In this document: one piece after another, positions 20,236 through 30,500 of the stretch | Position numbering within the stretch: position 1 is the first letter of the stretch | Layout of the letters: every line of letters starts with the position of its first letter | Source: an uncultured Nitrososphaerota archaeon | GTDB taxonomy: Archaea; Thermoproteota; EX4484-205; JAAOZP01 | Direction: 5' to 3' | DNA length: 64,000 bases | Assembly (NCBI GenBank): GCA_964416155.1 | Contig: CAYQCW010000004.1 | Location: 92,044-156,043, forward strand | Position numbers and translations under genes: made by a program | The notes under the pieces: model-generated | Told to the model about the DNA's origin: nothing | Seen by the model: only the letters and a program-made list of their open reading frames with translations | Database searches by the model: none

Positions 20236-20664
20236 TTAAACCACCTTCTCCAGGATTTTCTCGAGACACTGCATCACCTTGTACTTCACGTAATCTTTAA
20301 CGAGCTGAGAGGCTTCTTCTTCGACAAGCCTTCTGTATGTTGAAATATATTTTAAGGTGATGTGCGCAGCCTTCCTCCTACTGAGCCTTCCCTCAAGCCT
20401 GTCCTCACGCATCTTTTCCAAAACGTTGATTGCAACACTCTCAACCATGATTATCTTCCTCTGTCTATGGCTGGGGTCCCTAGCGATTTTTAAAACGCCT
20501 TTCCGTGAAAGATTCCGAACCTCTCTGGAAAGCACTACTCTTGAAAGTTTCCCTTTAAGTCTGTCGGCCAACCTGTTAAACGAGGTTCCACCCGGATGGC
20601 TAGCCACTTCGTCTATTATCTTTCCCTGGATATGGGTTAAGCTCATCGTTAAAAACCGGTACAT
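20236..20664 (-). CDS. Winged-helix (MarR/ArsR-like) DNA-binding protein
   Basis: SFNRLA...LSRVVLSREVRNLSRKGVL...DPSHRQRK. Confidence 0.65.
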   Translation of the reverse strand: MYRFLTMSLTHIQGKIIDEVASHPGGTSFNRLADRLKGKLSRVVLSREVRNLSRKGVLKIARDPSHRQRKIIMVESVAINVLEKMREDRLEGRLSRRKAAHITLKYISTYRRLVEEEASQLVKDYVKYKVMQCLEKILEKVV

Positions 20665-20772
20665 CGATGAACCGGTATTTAAATATACCGGTAATTATTC
20701 CAGACACTCTAAAAATGGTTAAGTGGGCGCCGGCCCCTGTTTAATCCGTTCACACTGCTGTAGTCCCGACGG

Positions 20773-22221
20773 TCAGCAGTGGAGCCTCACGACGTTTACC
20801 GAATGGGGTTTCAATACTATGTTTATCTTTCCATCGGCTGCTTCAACCCGCGCCTGTTCTATTCTAACCCTGTCCGGCTCTTCAAGCGTATTCCTGTCCT
20901 CAGCCGATTCCCCTGCGATAAACTGTTGCACGCCGCTCTTCGGAGTAAACCCTTTGAAATCCACTTGGAGCTCAACACCGTTATCCCAACTCCTGTTTAA
21001 AACATAAAGGTATACTGTCTCCCCGTCTTTCGAGGCCGTTGCGGAAGCATCCATGTAAGGTACATATCCGCCGACATCGGTGGACATGTAGTGCTCTGAA
21101 TCAACCAGCGTTCTAAGAACACTAACCCCCTTATTGTTGCTGTACATTTTGAAAACAAAGTATTGAGGTGTTAGAACCATGCGTCCATCAGAAGCAGCTA
21201 TTATAAGCGGCAGGACGTTCACAGTCTGCGCGAAATTACTTATTGGAACGATGTTACATAGTCTTTGAAGCATATTCAGAACCCCTCCTGTGAAAACAGC
21301 ATCCCTCACGCGCGTAATCTGTGTCACTAAGGGTTCCTTAGCTTCAGGATACCAGACGTTCCATTCGTCGAAAGCTATTTTTATCTCGTGTTCTATCCCG
21401 TATTTTATCCTAGCGGCTTTAATCAAGCCGTAGACACTTTTAAGCCTCTGCTCAATCTCTTCCGGAAGAGCTACTAGCTCACCGTATGGCATACTTCCCG
21501 AAGCATAGAAATGAACAGAAAGATAGTTGAAGCATCTCCCTGCTCCCTTAAGCATTTCAAGGTTCCACTCAGGATCTTCGCAACCAACAGCCACAAGCTC
21601 TATGTCCGGGTCAACCTTACGCATCTCGTTCGCATACTCAACAGTTCTCCTAGCGCATTCAGCACCGTCTACGCAGAATCCTATCTGCCATTTCCCGTGC
21701 AGCTCGTTACCTATGCCCCAGAGTTTGACACGGTAAGGCTCCTCATGGCCATGCTCGCGTCTTAGGGAAGAATAGTATGTGTTCATGTTCGAATTACAGT
21801 ATTCAACCCATCGTGCAGCCTCCTCAGGCGTCCCATTTCCAGCGTTTACAACTATGAACGGCTCCGCACTTATCAGCCTACACCACTCTATGAACTCGTC
21901 TGTCCCGAAAAGATTAGGCTCCTCAGCTCTCCACGCCATGTCGAAACGCCTCGGCCTCCGGCTTACGGCTCCAACACCATCCTCCCAGTGGTAGCCGCTT
22001 GCAAAATTTCCACCGGGCCATCTTACGAGAGTAGGATTCAAATCTTTAACAGCTTTCAGAACATCAAGACGATAACCCTTCACATTAGGTATTTCAGAAT
22101 CCCTGCCGACCCAGATGCCTCCGTAGATACACTCGCCCAAGTGTTCAATAAACTGACCGTAGCATCTCTTGCCGATAGTGCCTATTGGCGTGGTCGCGTC
22201 AACGATCACCCTGCTCTTCAA
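20773..22221 (-). CDS. abfA: Alpha-L-arabinofuranosidase (GH51)
   Basis: GQFIEHLG, RWPGGNF, WGIGNE, FDEWNVW, AQTVNV. Confidence 0.93.
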   Translation of the reverse strand: MKSRVIVDATTPIGTIGKRCYGQFIEHLGECIYGGIWVGRDSEIPNVKGYRLDVLKAVKDLNPTLVRWPGGNFASGYHWEDGVGAVSRRPRRFDMAWRAEEPNLFGTDEFIEWCRLISAEPFIVVNAGNGTPEEAARWVEYCNSNMNTYYSSLRREHGHEEPYRVKLWGIGNELHGKWQIGFCVDGAECARRTVEYANEMRKVDPDIELVAVGCEDPEWNLEMLKGAGRCFNYLSVHFYASGSMPYGELVALPEEIEQRLKSVYGLIKAARIKYGIEHEIKIAFDEWNVWYPEAKEPLVTQITRVRDAVFTGGVLNMLQRLCNIVPISNFAQTVNVLPLIIAASDGRMVLTPQYFVFKMYSNNKGVSVLRTLVDSEHYMSTDVGGYVPYMDASATASKDGETVYLYVLNRSWDNGVELQVDFKGFTPKSGVQQFIAGESAEDRNTLEEPDRVRIEQARVEAADGKINIVLKPHSVNVVRLHC

Positions 22222-22326
22222 ACCTGTCCACCTTGAAATACAGCTTGGCTCACACTAATAAAGATGTTTTTTCCAAACAGCTGGAAAAAGTAGAGGATGA
22301 AATGCTCAGGCTGCCATACTCTTCCT

Positions 22327-22965
22327 CTAGAAAGTTTTAGACTCGAAGTATTTCTCCAGCAGTTTACGAATACCGCTCCTAGTTATTTCAGAGAAGGTTG
22401 AAGGAACTATTCCAAGTGTTTTCGCAAGCTCCCTGGTGCTGATTTTCCTAGGGGTGTCGAAGTAGCCCATTTTCAAGGAAAGCCAGAGCAAGTTCTCCTG
22501 CTTCTCGGTTAAAACACCCTCCTTATGGTCATGCTTCGTTAAACCAAGAATTCTAGGCTTAAACCCGAGGGGCTCTAGGATACTTACTATTTGTTTAAAG
22601 ACCTCGTAGCCCGGTGCTATGAACTCGTAGATCATCCGGTATCCCCCTATATGCTTGCCTGAAATAAGGAAAGCGCCTTGAGAAAGCATTGTGTTGCAAA
22701 CGTTACACCCCTCTGTTTTGAAGGAGGCGAGTACGGAGCCCTTAGAGCTTTTCAGAATCCTAAGATTCTCCCCGGAGGTCTTTCGGAGCTCGCTGACGGG
22801 AAACCGGACCAGGTGTCTCACGGAACCATCAGGCAGCCTTCTAACATCGATAAGCTTACAATCGTTGATGCCGAGCTTAGACATGAGCTCCAACCCCCTG
22901 CACTGATTATTCTCAACCTCGATAGTCACATGGTAAATTGCTTTTTCAAGAACCATATGGTCCAT
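22327..22965 (-). CDS. Bacterio-opsin-activator-type HTH regulator (HTH_10)
   Basis: LTEKQ...GYFDTPRKISTRELAKTLGI..STFSE. Confidence 0.88.
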   Translation of the reverse strand: MDHMVLEKAIYHVTIEVENNQCRGLELMSKLGINDCKLIDVRRLPDGSVRHLVRFPVSELRKTSGENLRILKSSKGSVLASFKTEGCNVCNTMLSQGAFLISGKHIGGYRMIYEFIAPGYEVFKQIVSILEPLGFKPRILGLTKHDHKEGVLTEKQENLLWLSLKMGYFDTPRKISTRELAKTLGIVPSTFSEITRSGIRKLLEKYFESKTF

Positions 22966-23078
22966 CTTTCCATAGAATAGCTGACCGATTCGTATTAAAA
23001 CTTATCTGGTGCGAGTAAAAGGTTTTTCCACTGTATTGAGTTTATCTTTAAATATGTGGCCGGAGTCATAGGCACCAG

Positions 23079-23714
23079 ATGCTGAAAACCCTCCTCTCAA
23101 CCCAGCAATTCTTAGAATGGTTGGAGCAGCTTGCTTATCAGTATGGATACCTGGGTATATTCTTCCTGTCCTTAATCGGAGCCATTTCCATCGTCTTTCC
23201 AATACCCTATACTGTCGTGATCTATCTGATGGGCTCCGTAATAGATCCCTTTCTAATAGCCGTCTCAGGAGGCTTAGGATCTGTCTTCGGAGAGCTAGCC
23301 GGCTACGCCTTGGGATACTACGGCAGGACGCTGATGGGCGAGGAGCGGAGGAGGAAGATGGGTTACATGCTTAAGATATTCGACCGTTACGGTGTTGCAG
23401 CAATATTCCTGTTCGCCCTAACTCCTCTGCCTGACGACCTGCTGATAATCCCACTTGGCATAATGCGCTACAACCCGGTTAAGTTTCTCGTACCGTGCGT
23501 CTTGGGTAAAACCGTGATGTGCCTAATACTGGCACTCGGAGGGAGGTTTTCAATAAGCCTGATTAAAAGTCTTTTCGGCGGGGAGGGAGGATGGGCTACA
23601 ACCCTGGCGACTTTTCTGCTTCTAGCGGGAGTCATAATAATGATGATGAAGATAGACTGGGAGGAAATCTTCTTCAAATACGTGGAGAAGCGGGGGAAAG
23701 CGGAGTCAAAATAA
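23079..23714 (+). CDS. VTT/DedA-superfamily membrane protein
   Basis: FPIPY, GSVFGE..GY.LG, FALTPLPDD. Confidence 0.88.
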   Translation: MLKTLLSTQQFLEWLEQLAYQYGYLGIFFLSLIGAISIVFPIPYTVVIYLMGSVIDPFLIAVSGGLGSVFGELAGYALGYYGRTLMGEERRRKMGYMLKIFDRYGVAAIFLFALTPLPDDLLIIPLGIMRYNPVKFLVPCVLGKTVMCLILALGGRFSISLIKSLFGGEGGWATTLATFLLLAGVIIMMMKIDWEEIFFKYVEKRGKAESK

Positions 23715-23745
23715 TTAAATAAGGGGTTTGGAGCACTAGTGTTTA

Positions 23746-24654
23746 ATGGAAAACCTTGAAAAAGAATACTGGCTTGAGGTTGAACTGCAACACCCTAAAG
23801 GATGGATGTTAGCCGCGGAGTCGGGAGGAATGTTAGACGGGTATTTCAGGATAGACTCGAAAACCGCCGCTAAGCTTGAAGTAAAGTGGGAGAAACAGGC
23901 TTCTGACAAGAGGGCGAAGGCGAAAGCGCAGCCGATGATTGTGATAAACAAGTTTATCGAAGACTATATGACGCGGGCTAAGAGGAAAGGGAAGGCTGAA
24001 GTATATGAGCGGGGGAGTGCAAGAATATGCGGACACAACGCTTACTTCGCAAGATGGCGGGATGTTGGCGATATAGTTACCGTCTCCTGGGTGTGTGAAG
24101 ACGAGAACAAGGTTTTTCTTCTCAACTATTATCTGGAGCCGGCCGAGAAATGGGAGGATGTTGCAAACTGGCTGATCCCCGGGTTTATATGTCATACTTC
24201 GGAAAAATTCTGGAGGTACCGTCTGATCGGCGTGGAGTTCAAAGTGCCCAAGGAGTATTCTCTTCAAACAAGGAAGCTTTTACTAGGCAGGCCGATGGTT
24301 GTTTTTAAAGCAGGGGGGAAAACACTGCTGATCCACTGGTCCGCATTCGCCAGAGAAACCCTTGTTAAGTATCGGAGTCTTGCTGAATGGGCGAAGAAAG
24401 AGGTTCCGAAAGAAGTGAGCAGCATCATGAAAGGGTTGAAATACGATAAGCTTAAGCCCGACGAGGAGACGGGGAGAGTGATGTTGGAGGAAACGGGACG
24501 AACATTCTTCGGCGGCAAGACGAGTGTTAAAAAGTTAAGGATTTGGCATGACTCGGATTCGAACAGAATATTCGTAACAGGCTACTCCGGTCCTCGGGAG
24601 AACATTATCGACATGGAAGAGCTTGAGAAAAGCATAGTGTTTAAGCCGGTCTAG
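23746..24654 (+). CDS. Hypothetical protein with internal duplication
   Basis: 302 aa; the halves share LEVELQHPKGW/IGVEFKVPKEY and WVCEDENKVF/WHDSDSNRIF. Confidence 0.75.
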   Translation: MENLEKEYWLEVELQHPKGWMLAAESGGMLDGYFRIDSKTAAKLEVKWEKQASDKRAKAKAQPMIVINKFIEDYMTRAKRKGKAEVYERGSARICGHNAYFARWRDVGDIVTVSWVCEDENKVFLLNYYLEPAEKWEDVANWLIPGFICHTSEKFWRYRLIGVEFKVPKEYSLQTRKLLLGRPMVVFKAGGKTLLIHWSAFARETLVKYRSLAEWAKKEVPKEVSSIMKGLKYDKLKPDEETGRVMLEETGRTFFGGKTSVKKLRIWHDSDSNRIFVTGYSGPRENIIDMEELEKSIVFKPV

Positions 24655-24664
24655 GTGAGCAGAG

Positions 24665-25201
24665 ATGCCGCTTTTCGGGAAAAAGAGGGAGCCTCCGAGG
24701 GTTTCGCCGGGAAGACTCTACAGGAGTATACCTATCGTAAACCCGAGGGTGAGACACGAGGAGGATGCGGACGGCATCGTCACGATTCTTATCCCCGTCC
24801 CGACGGGCGACTCTAAAAAGCCTGAGAGGACAGCGAGGATAAAGCTCGACGCGATAGGGAGCAAGGTTTGGAAGAGAATAGACGGGAAAACACCTCTGAA
24901 CGAAATGGTTCAGTGGATGAGGCAGGAATTCACGCTGACTGAGAGGGAGGCGGAGGTCTCGCTATCCATGTTCATGAAGAGTCTTGTCGACAAAAAACTT
25001 GTGGCACTTGCCCTACCGCCGCCGACGCCTGGAACACCTGAGGTTCAGGAGGAGATTGAAAGAATAAGGTTTGAAATAGAAGAGCTTGAAAAAGCCTTTA
25101 AAAAGAAGAAGTTGGACGAGAAAACTTTCAGAGAGCTTAAAGAGAAATACGAACAAGCCATCAGGGAGCTTGAGGAGAAAGAAGCCGGCCGAGATTCTTG
25201 A
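24665..25201 (+). CDS. PqqD-family (RRE-like) protein with C-terminal coiled coil
   Basis: IKLDAIGSKVWKRIDGKTPLNEM...EAEVSLSMFMKSLVDKKLV. Confidence 0.8.
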   Translation: MPLFGKKREPPRVSPGRLYRSIPIVNPRVRHEEDADGIVTILIPVPTGDSKKPERTARIKLDAIGSKVWKRIDGKTPLNEMVQWMRQEFTLTEREAEVSLSMFMKSLVDKKLVALALPPPTPGTPEVQEEIERIRFEIEELEKAFKKKKLDEKTFRELKEKYEQAIRELEEKEAGRDS

Positions 25202-25495
25202 AGCCGGCCTGCATGTTTTAGCGACAATCCTACGCTTCTCTCTGGTCAGGGTCGCTGCATGCTTGGCAATAGCATGCTTTTAAAGGAGTAAGCAATAATA
25301 TGTTTTAGGCATGTGCTAAATCCTCTGGAAACGTTTAAATAGTGTGAAATCCCTTTTTCTTCTCCTCAGATACTTCAGTGGCGAAACCAATACGAGGAAG
25401 CGGAAGAATAAGCGTAAGCAGGTTTCTAGCAATATGTATTCGTTTCCCTTGTACAGAGATTTTTTCTGAAGCCTATTGGTTGAGAGGTGTTTTAA

Positions 25496-28400
25496 ATGCC
25501 TAGGATGGGCAACATAAGAAAAGCGCTCGTCATAGGAAGCGGGGGGATCGTGATTGCTCAAGCAGCGGAGTTCGATTACAGTGGGAGTCAGGCTTTGAAG
25601 GCTTTGAAGGAGGAGGGTATAGAGACAGTAATCGTGAACCCGAATATTGCGACGATTCAGACGAGCAGAAGGATGGCTGACAAGGTGTATCTTGAGCCGT
25701 TAACCGTTAAATCGGTTTCGAGAATAATTGAGAAGGAGAGGGTTGACGGGATTCTGCTTGGCTTCGGGGGTCAGACGGCTCTCAACCTTGGCATAGGCCT
25801 GCATGAGGCGGGTGTCTTAGACAAGTATGGTGTTAAAGTGTTGGGGTGCTCCATTGAAACCATCAGGATGGCTGAGGACAGGGACCTGTTTAGAAGAGCC
25901 ATGTGGGAGATAGGCTTGAAGGTTCCTCCGAGCAGTGTTGCAAGAACCCCGGAGGAAGCGATCGAAGCCTCGGAGCGCCTGGGTTTACCGCTTCTCGTCA
26001 GAACCTCTTTCACACTCGGGGGTCAGAGCTCAGGCATAGCTAGGAACCGGAGTGAGCTTTACGACGCGGTTTCAAAAGCTTTGAAATGGAGCATTAACAG
26101 GGAGGTTCTAATAGAGAGGTCCTACTATGGGTGGAAGGAGCTTGAATACGAGTATATGAGGGACTACTATGGGAACAGTGTTTCAGTCGCGACTATAGAG
26201 GGCTTCGACCCTCTAGGCGTCCACACGGGTGAGAAAATAGTTGTGGTTCCGATTCAGACGCTTACGAACAAGGAGTACCACATGATTAGGGAGGCCGGTC
26301 TCAGAATCGTGGACAAGCTTGGAATAGTTGGAGAGTGCAACATTCAGTTCGGCTTGAATCCTGAAAATGGGGATCTCATCGTCGTCGAGGTCAACCCGAG
26401 GCTTTCAAGGTCTAGCGCGCTGGCGTCTAAGGCTACCGGCTATCCTCTGGCGTACCTTGCAGCGAAGCTCGCCCTAGGATACCGGATAGAGGAGCTTACG
26501 AACAAGGCTACTGGAGTTACGAAGGCTAGTTTCGAGCCTGCACTGGACTATGTGGTTGTAAAAATCCCCAGGTGGGATTTCAAAAAGTTCCCTGGAAACG
26601 TTGACAGAACCGTGGGGACGATGATGAAGTCTGTTGGAGAAGTAATGGCTATAGGCAGGACTTTCGAAGAGGCGTTGCAGAAGGCTGTTAGAATGCTTCA
26701 GATAGGCAGGGTCGGCGTAGTGGGGAATGAAGGCGAAGAAGACGGGGTTCCATCCGATTTAACCGGGTTTCTTAAGCCGAGCGATGAGAGGCTTTTCAAC
26801 GTCGTCAGAGCGTTGAAGGCTGGTGTTAGAGTAGAAGAGATAAGCAGTGTGACGGGCATAGACAAATGGTTTCTCTACAGGATACTGGACATAATCCGTG
26901 TCGACTCTGAGCTTAAATCCCTCCGCAGCGGGAAGGATGGGGAAGAGATCGTTGAGAAGATTAAAGAGGCTAAGAGGCTCGGCTTCTCAGACATTCAGAT
27001 AGCAAGGAGGCTCAGGTGGAGCGAAGACGAGGTGAGAGGTTTCAGGATTAAACATGGTGTCAAACCAGTCTTCAAACTGATAGACACGATGGCTGCCGAA
27101 TGGGAGTCCGTTACAAACTATCTTTACGCTACCTATGGGGATGAGGCCAATGATGTTTCAGAAACCACCGGCAGAAGGAAGGTGATCATTCTTGGAGCTG
27201 GGACCAACAGGATTGGGAGCAGCGTCGAGTTCGACTACTGCACGATGCACACCGTATGGTCCATGAAGGAGGAGGGTTTCGACGAGGTCATCGTCGTGAA
27301 CAATAATCCTGAAACAGTCTCCACGGACTACGACATGTCGGATAAGCTGTATTTCGAAGAGCTGTCGTTTGAAAGAGTTATGGATATTGTGGATGCTGAG
27401 AAGCCTGAGGGCGTCGTAGTGACAATGGGCGGGCAGGATCCGATCAACATTAGTCAAAAACTCTATAAGCACGGTGTCAGAATCCTTGGGACGTCTCCGC
27501 TGAGCATAGATTTTGCTGAGGACAGGGCTAAGTTCAGCCTCCTGCTGGATAACCTAGGCATAAAGCAACCGGTCTGGACAAGGGTGACCAGCATGGAGGA
27601 GGCTGTTTTGAAAGCAAGGGAGATAGGGTACCCTGTTTTAATAAGGCCCTCCTACGTGCTGTCTGGAGCAGCGATGAACGTTGCTTCAAATGAGGAGGAG
27701 CTTGTAGAATATATTCGCAACGCGACAAGAATATCTCCTGAACGCTCCGTGGTCATAAGCAAGTTTTTCGAGCAGGCTTATGAGGCGGAGGTGGACGCTG
27801 TTAGCGACGGCGAGGATGTGTTCATAGGTGGAGTAATGGAGCACCTGGAGTATGCTGGGACACACAGTGGGGATGCAACCATAATCCTTCCTCCCCAGAG
27901 GCTTGGCGAAGACATTGTCGAGAAGATTAAGGATTACACTGTCAGAATCGCGAAGGAGCTCCGAATAGTCGGGGCTTTTAACATACAGTACTTGGTTAAG
28001 GATTCAGAGGTCTACGTGATAGAAGCCAACGTTAGAGCCAGTAGGACAATGCCTTTCGTAAGCAAGACGAGGGGCATCCCCCTCATATGGCTTGCAGGAA
28101 AGCTTATTGCTGGGCGGAAGATTAGCGAGTTTAAAGATTCGCTGAAGTACAACGAGAGGACGATTGGTGTTAAAGTACCGGTTTTCTCATTCATCAGGCT
28201 TAAAGGAGCTGATCCTGTTCTAGGCGTTGAAATGAGGTCAACGGGTGAAGTAGCATGCATAGGTTACGACTTCATAAACACTTTCACCCGGGCTTGGGAG
28301 TCTTCGGGCCTAAGCCTGCCGTCTAAAAACGACATCATATTCATAACGGTTAGAGATGAGGATAAGCCCAGGGCTTTAAAACTAGCTTTAAACCTTAAGG

Positions 28401-28774
28401 AAATGGGGTTCACAGTGGCCGCCACTCGACGCACAAGGGACTTCTTGGTTTCTAACGGTTTGAAAGACGTAGTACTGGTTAGGAGGCTTAGCGAGAAGTC
28501 TGATGACGGAGTAGACGCGATAAGTTTCCTCGCAAGCGGGAGAATAGGCATGGTAATAAACACTCCAGATCAAAAGGATAAGAGTACTCTTGAAGACATG
28601 TATGCGATCCGGAGGACAGCTGTAGAATTCGCTGTACCCGTAATCACAAGCCTCGAGGTTGCGGAGAAGATAGTTGAAGCAATACATTTCAAAAACGACA
28701 ATAATGGCTGCGGGCAGGAGCCGTATTCTTTAGAAGAGTACCACAGGGGCCTGCCCCTGTCAATATACGTTTAG
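25496..28774 (+). CDS. carB: Carbamoyl-phosphate synthase large chain
   Basis: IAQAAEFDYSG, NPNIATIQT, GGQTALN, EVNPRLSRSSALASKATG, duplicated ATP-grasp domains, MGS domain. Confidence 0.97.
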   Translation: MPRMGNIRKALVIGSGGIVIAQAAEFDYSGSQALKALKEEGIETVIVNPNIATIQTSRRMADKVYLEPLTVKSVSRIIEKERVDGILLGFGGQTALNLGIGLHEAGVLDKYGVKVLGCSIETIRMAEDRDLFRRAMWEIGLKVPPSSVARTPEEAIEASERLGLPLLVRTSFTLGGQSSGIARNRSELYDAVSKALKWSINREVLIERSYYGWKELEYEYMRDYYGNSVSVATIEGFDPLGVHTGEKIVVVPIQTLTNKEYHMIREAGLRIVDKLGIVGECNIQFGLNPENGDLIVVEVNPRLSRSSALASKATGYPLAYLAAKLALGYRIEELTNKATGVTKASFEPALDYVVVKIPRWDFKKFPGNVDRTVGTMMKSVGEVMAIGRTFEEALQKAVRMLQIGRVGVVGNEGEEDGVPSDLTGFLKPSDERLFNVVRALKAGVRVEEISSVTGIDKWFLYRILDIIRVDSELKSLRSGKDGEEIVEKIKEAKRLGFSDIQIARRLRWSEDEVRGFRIKHGVKPVFKLIDTMAAEWESVTNYLYATYGDEANDVSETTGRRKVIILGAGTNRIGSSVEFDYCTMHTVWSMKEEGFDEVIVVNNNPETVSTDYDMSDKLYFEELSFERVMDIVDAEKPEGVVVTMGGQDPINISQKLYKHGVRILGTSPLSIDFAEDRAKFSLLLDNLGIKQPVWTRVTSMEEAVLKAREIGYPVLIRPSYVLSGAAMNVASNEEELVEYIRNATRISPERSVVISKFFEQAYEAEVDAVSDGEDVFIGGVMEHLEYAGTHSGDATIILPPQRLGEDIVEKIKDYTVRIAKELRIVGAFNIQYLVKDSEVYVIEANVRASRTMPFVSKTRGIPLIWLAGKLIAGRKISEFKDSLKYNERTIGVKVPVFSFIRLKGADPVLGVEMRSTGEVACIGYDFINTFTRAWESSGLSLPSKNDIIFITVRDEDKPRALKLALNLKEMGFTVAATRRTRDFLVSNGLKDVVLVRRLSEKSDDGVDAISFLASGRIGMVINTPDQKDKSTLEDMYAIRRTAVEFAVPVITSLEVAEKIVEAIHFKNDNNGCGQEPYSLEEYHRGLPLSIYV

Positions 28775-30451
28775 CTAGGGTTGAACATACGTAAGGATCT
28801 TTCTTAGAAACCTTGTTTTCTCAAGAGAATCCCGAATGTTAAGAATTATGCTCAGCATCGGGGAGACGATTCCGGGTGAAACAGACGTTGTTTTCCCACT
28901 CGCCATTCTGCCGCCAACAATACTGTTGAACAGGAGGTCGAACTTGACCTCAATCTCCTCCTCCGTAGAGGACACCACCGTGGCGGAGAAATCAGCCATC
29001 ATCTCCTGGATCTTAAGGATTCTTTCAAGAATCGGGGTTAATGCTTTTCTTGTCTTACCGACAACATACTTCCATTCCGCCAGATTATTGGATAAAACTG
29101 TTGTCTGAAGAAGGGTTGGTTTCTTCCTTCTAAGCTCCTGCAGCAGTTTCTCAGCTTCAACAGTTTCGCTGATCGAGCTTAGAATAACGTCCTCTTCCCT
29201 CAGGATGCTGCTTAATGCTTGTTTAAGCATGATCAGCCGCATCGCCCTATCTGGAAGCCGGGCAGCATAGAGCCAGGGTACGACGCTCTCCATCTGGTCT
29301 ACAACCTTACCCGCAGAATCTCGAACCAGCTTCAGCATCCTGCAGGATTCAGATGCTTCCCTAAGGGTCTCCTGATCTACAGTCTCTGCGGACGGTATGC
29401 TAACCTTCTCCCCACCCAAGTAGGCTTTCAGCAGCACAGCATTCCCGAGCAAGCCATGCGTGAAAGGAGTTTTAAGGCTCTCAACATGGGAGAAGAACAG
29501 AACGATCTTTCCGGATCCGTGTTCGGTAAACCCTATGCTGCTAGCGTCTCTTATCGTTTTAAGCGCCTCCTCGCATGGCACACCATACTCTACGCTAGTA
29601 AGAGGCTGCACTATTTTTGCGAAAACCTGTTTAGCGCTAGTGATTTTAGCAAGCGGACCAGTGTGAAACATCGTGAGCTCACCCCCATACCCTAGTGTCA
29701 ACAATCCTCTTCTCGTAATCCTCGCCTTGACGAGGCCTGTTACAGGGTAAGTCCTTAAAACCCCGCTTAGCCGTCTTCCTGAGAAAACAGGCCAAGAAGG
29801 CTCTGAAACCGTGTCGCTTAAAAGTTTGCACTCAACAATCTGCAGCTCGCTCCACGCCTCTATCTCCCCGTACGCGGATATTGGCAGGTTGACTGGTTTA
29901 AGTGGAAGCAGCGCGCCGGCGCATATTCCAACATATGCGCCTCCAGACTCTACGAATTGCCTGATCATCTTGGCTTCCTCTTTCCCGAGCGACCTGAGAA
30001 TTTCAAAACTGTCTCCACCGCCAACTATCAAGACATCTAGGGCACGCAGGTCCTCGAGCGTCAACGGCCCTGGGAGGAGAGATATCCTTCTGAAACCCAT
30101 TTTAAGCAAAGTCTCAACGGTTTCCTTCAAGCATGATACTGAAACCCCGCTTCCACTGTATAGTCCGATGAGCGGGCTGCGCAACCAGGCAACACTCTGC
30201 TGATCAATGGTTTTCAAAGGCTTCAACTCTACACCGTACTCTTCACCGAGATTCTTCACCAAGCATTCCGAATAAACGTCTTCTACACCGATCGTGAAGT
30301 CCCCGGGCTTAAGGCCCATGTCCCTAGCACCCCTAAGTTTCACGGTTCTTCCAACTTTAAACCCTGATTCGAGAAGATTATTTACAAGCCTATAAGCATT
30401 AGAATAGGCTTCTCCACCGCCTTTCTTAAACTGTATCCTCCACCACTTCAA
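28775..30451 (-). CDS. BPL_N / class I GATase-like domain protein with helical C-terminus
   Basis: IGLYSGSG, LIVGGGD, FVESGGAYVGICAGA, FFSHVE. Confidence 0.75.
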   Translation of the reverse strand: MKWWRIQFKKGGGEAYSNAYRLVNNLLESGFKVGRTVKLRGARDMGLKPGDFTIGVEDVYSECLVKNLGEEYGVELKPLKTIDQQSVAWLRSPLIGLYSGSGVSVSCLKETVETLLKMGFRRISLLPGPLTLEDLRALDVLIVGGGDSFEILRSLGKEEAKMIRQFVESGGAYVGICAGALLPLKPVNLPISAYGEIEAWSELQIVECKLLSDTVSEPSWPVFSGRRLSGVLRTYPVTGLVKARITRRGLLTLGYGGELTMFHTGPLAKITSAKQVFAKIVQPLTSVEYGVPCEEALKTIRDASSIGFTEHGSGKIVLFFSHVESLKTPFTHGLLGNAVLLKAYLGGEKVSIPSAETVDQETLREASESCRMLKLVRDSAGKVVDQMESVVPWLYAARLPDRAMRLIMLKQALSSILREEDVILSSISETVEAEKLLQELRRKKPTLLQTTVLSNNLAEWKYVVGKTRKALTPILERILKIQEMMADFSATVVSSTEEEIEVKFDLLFNSIVGGRMASGKTTSVSPGIVSPMLSIILNIRDSLEKTRFLRKILTYVQP

Positions 30452-30500
30452 CGTTCTCAGAGAAGCGTCAACCAGTATTTAATCTCATCTGAATAATTCC

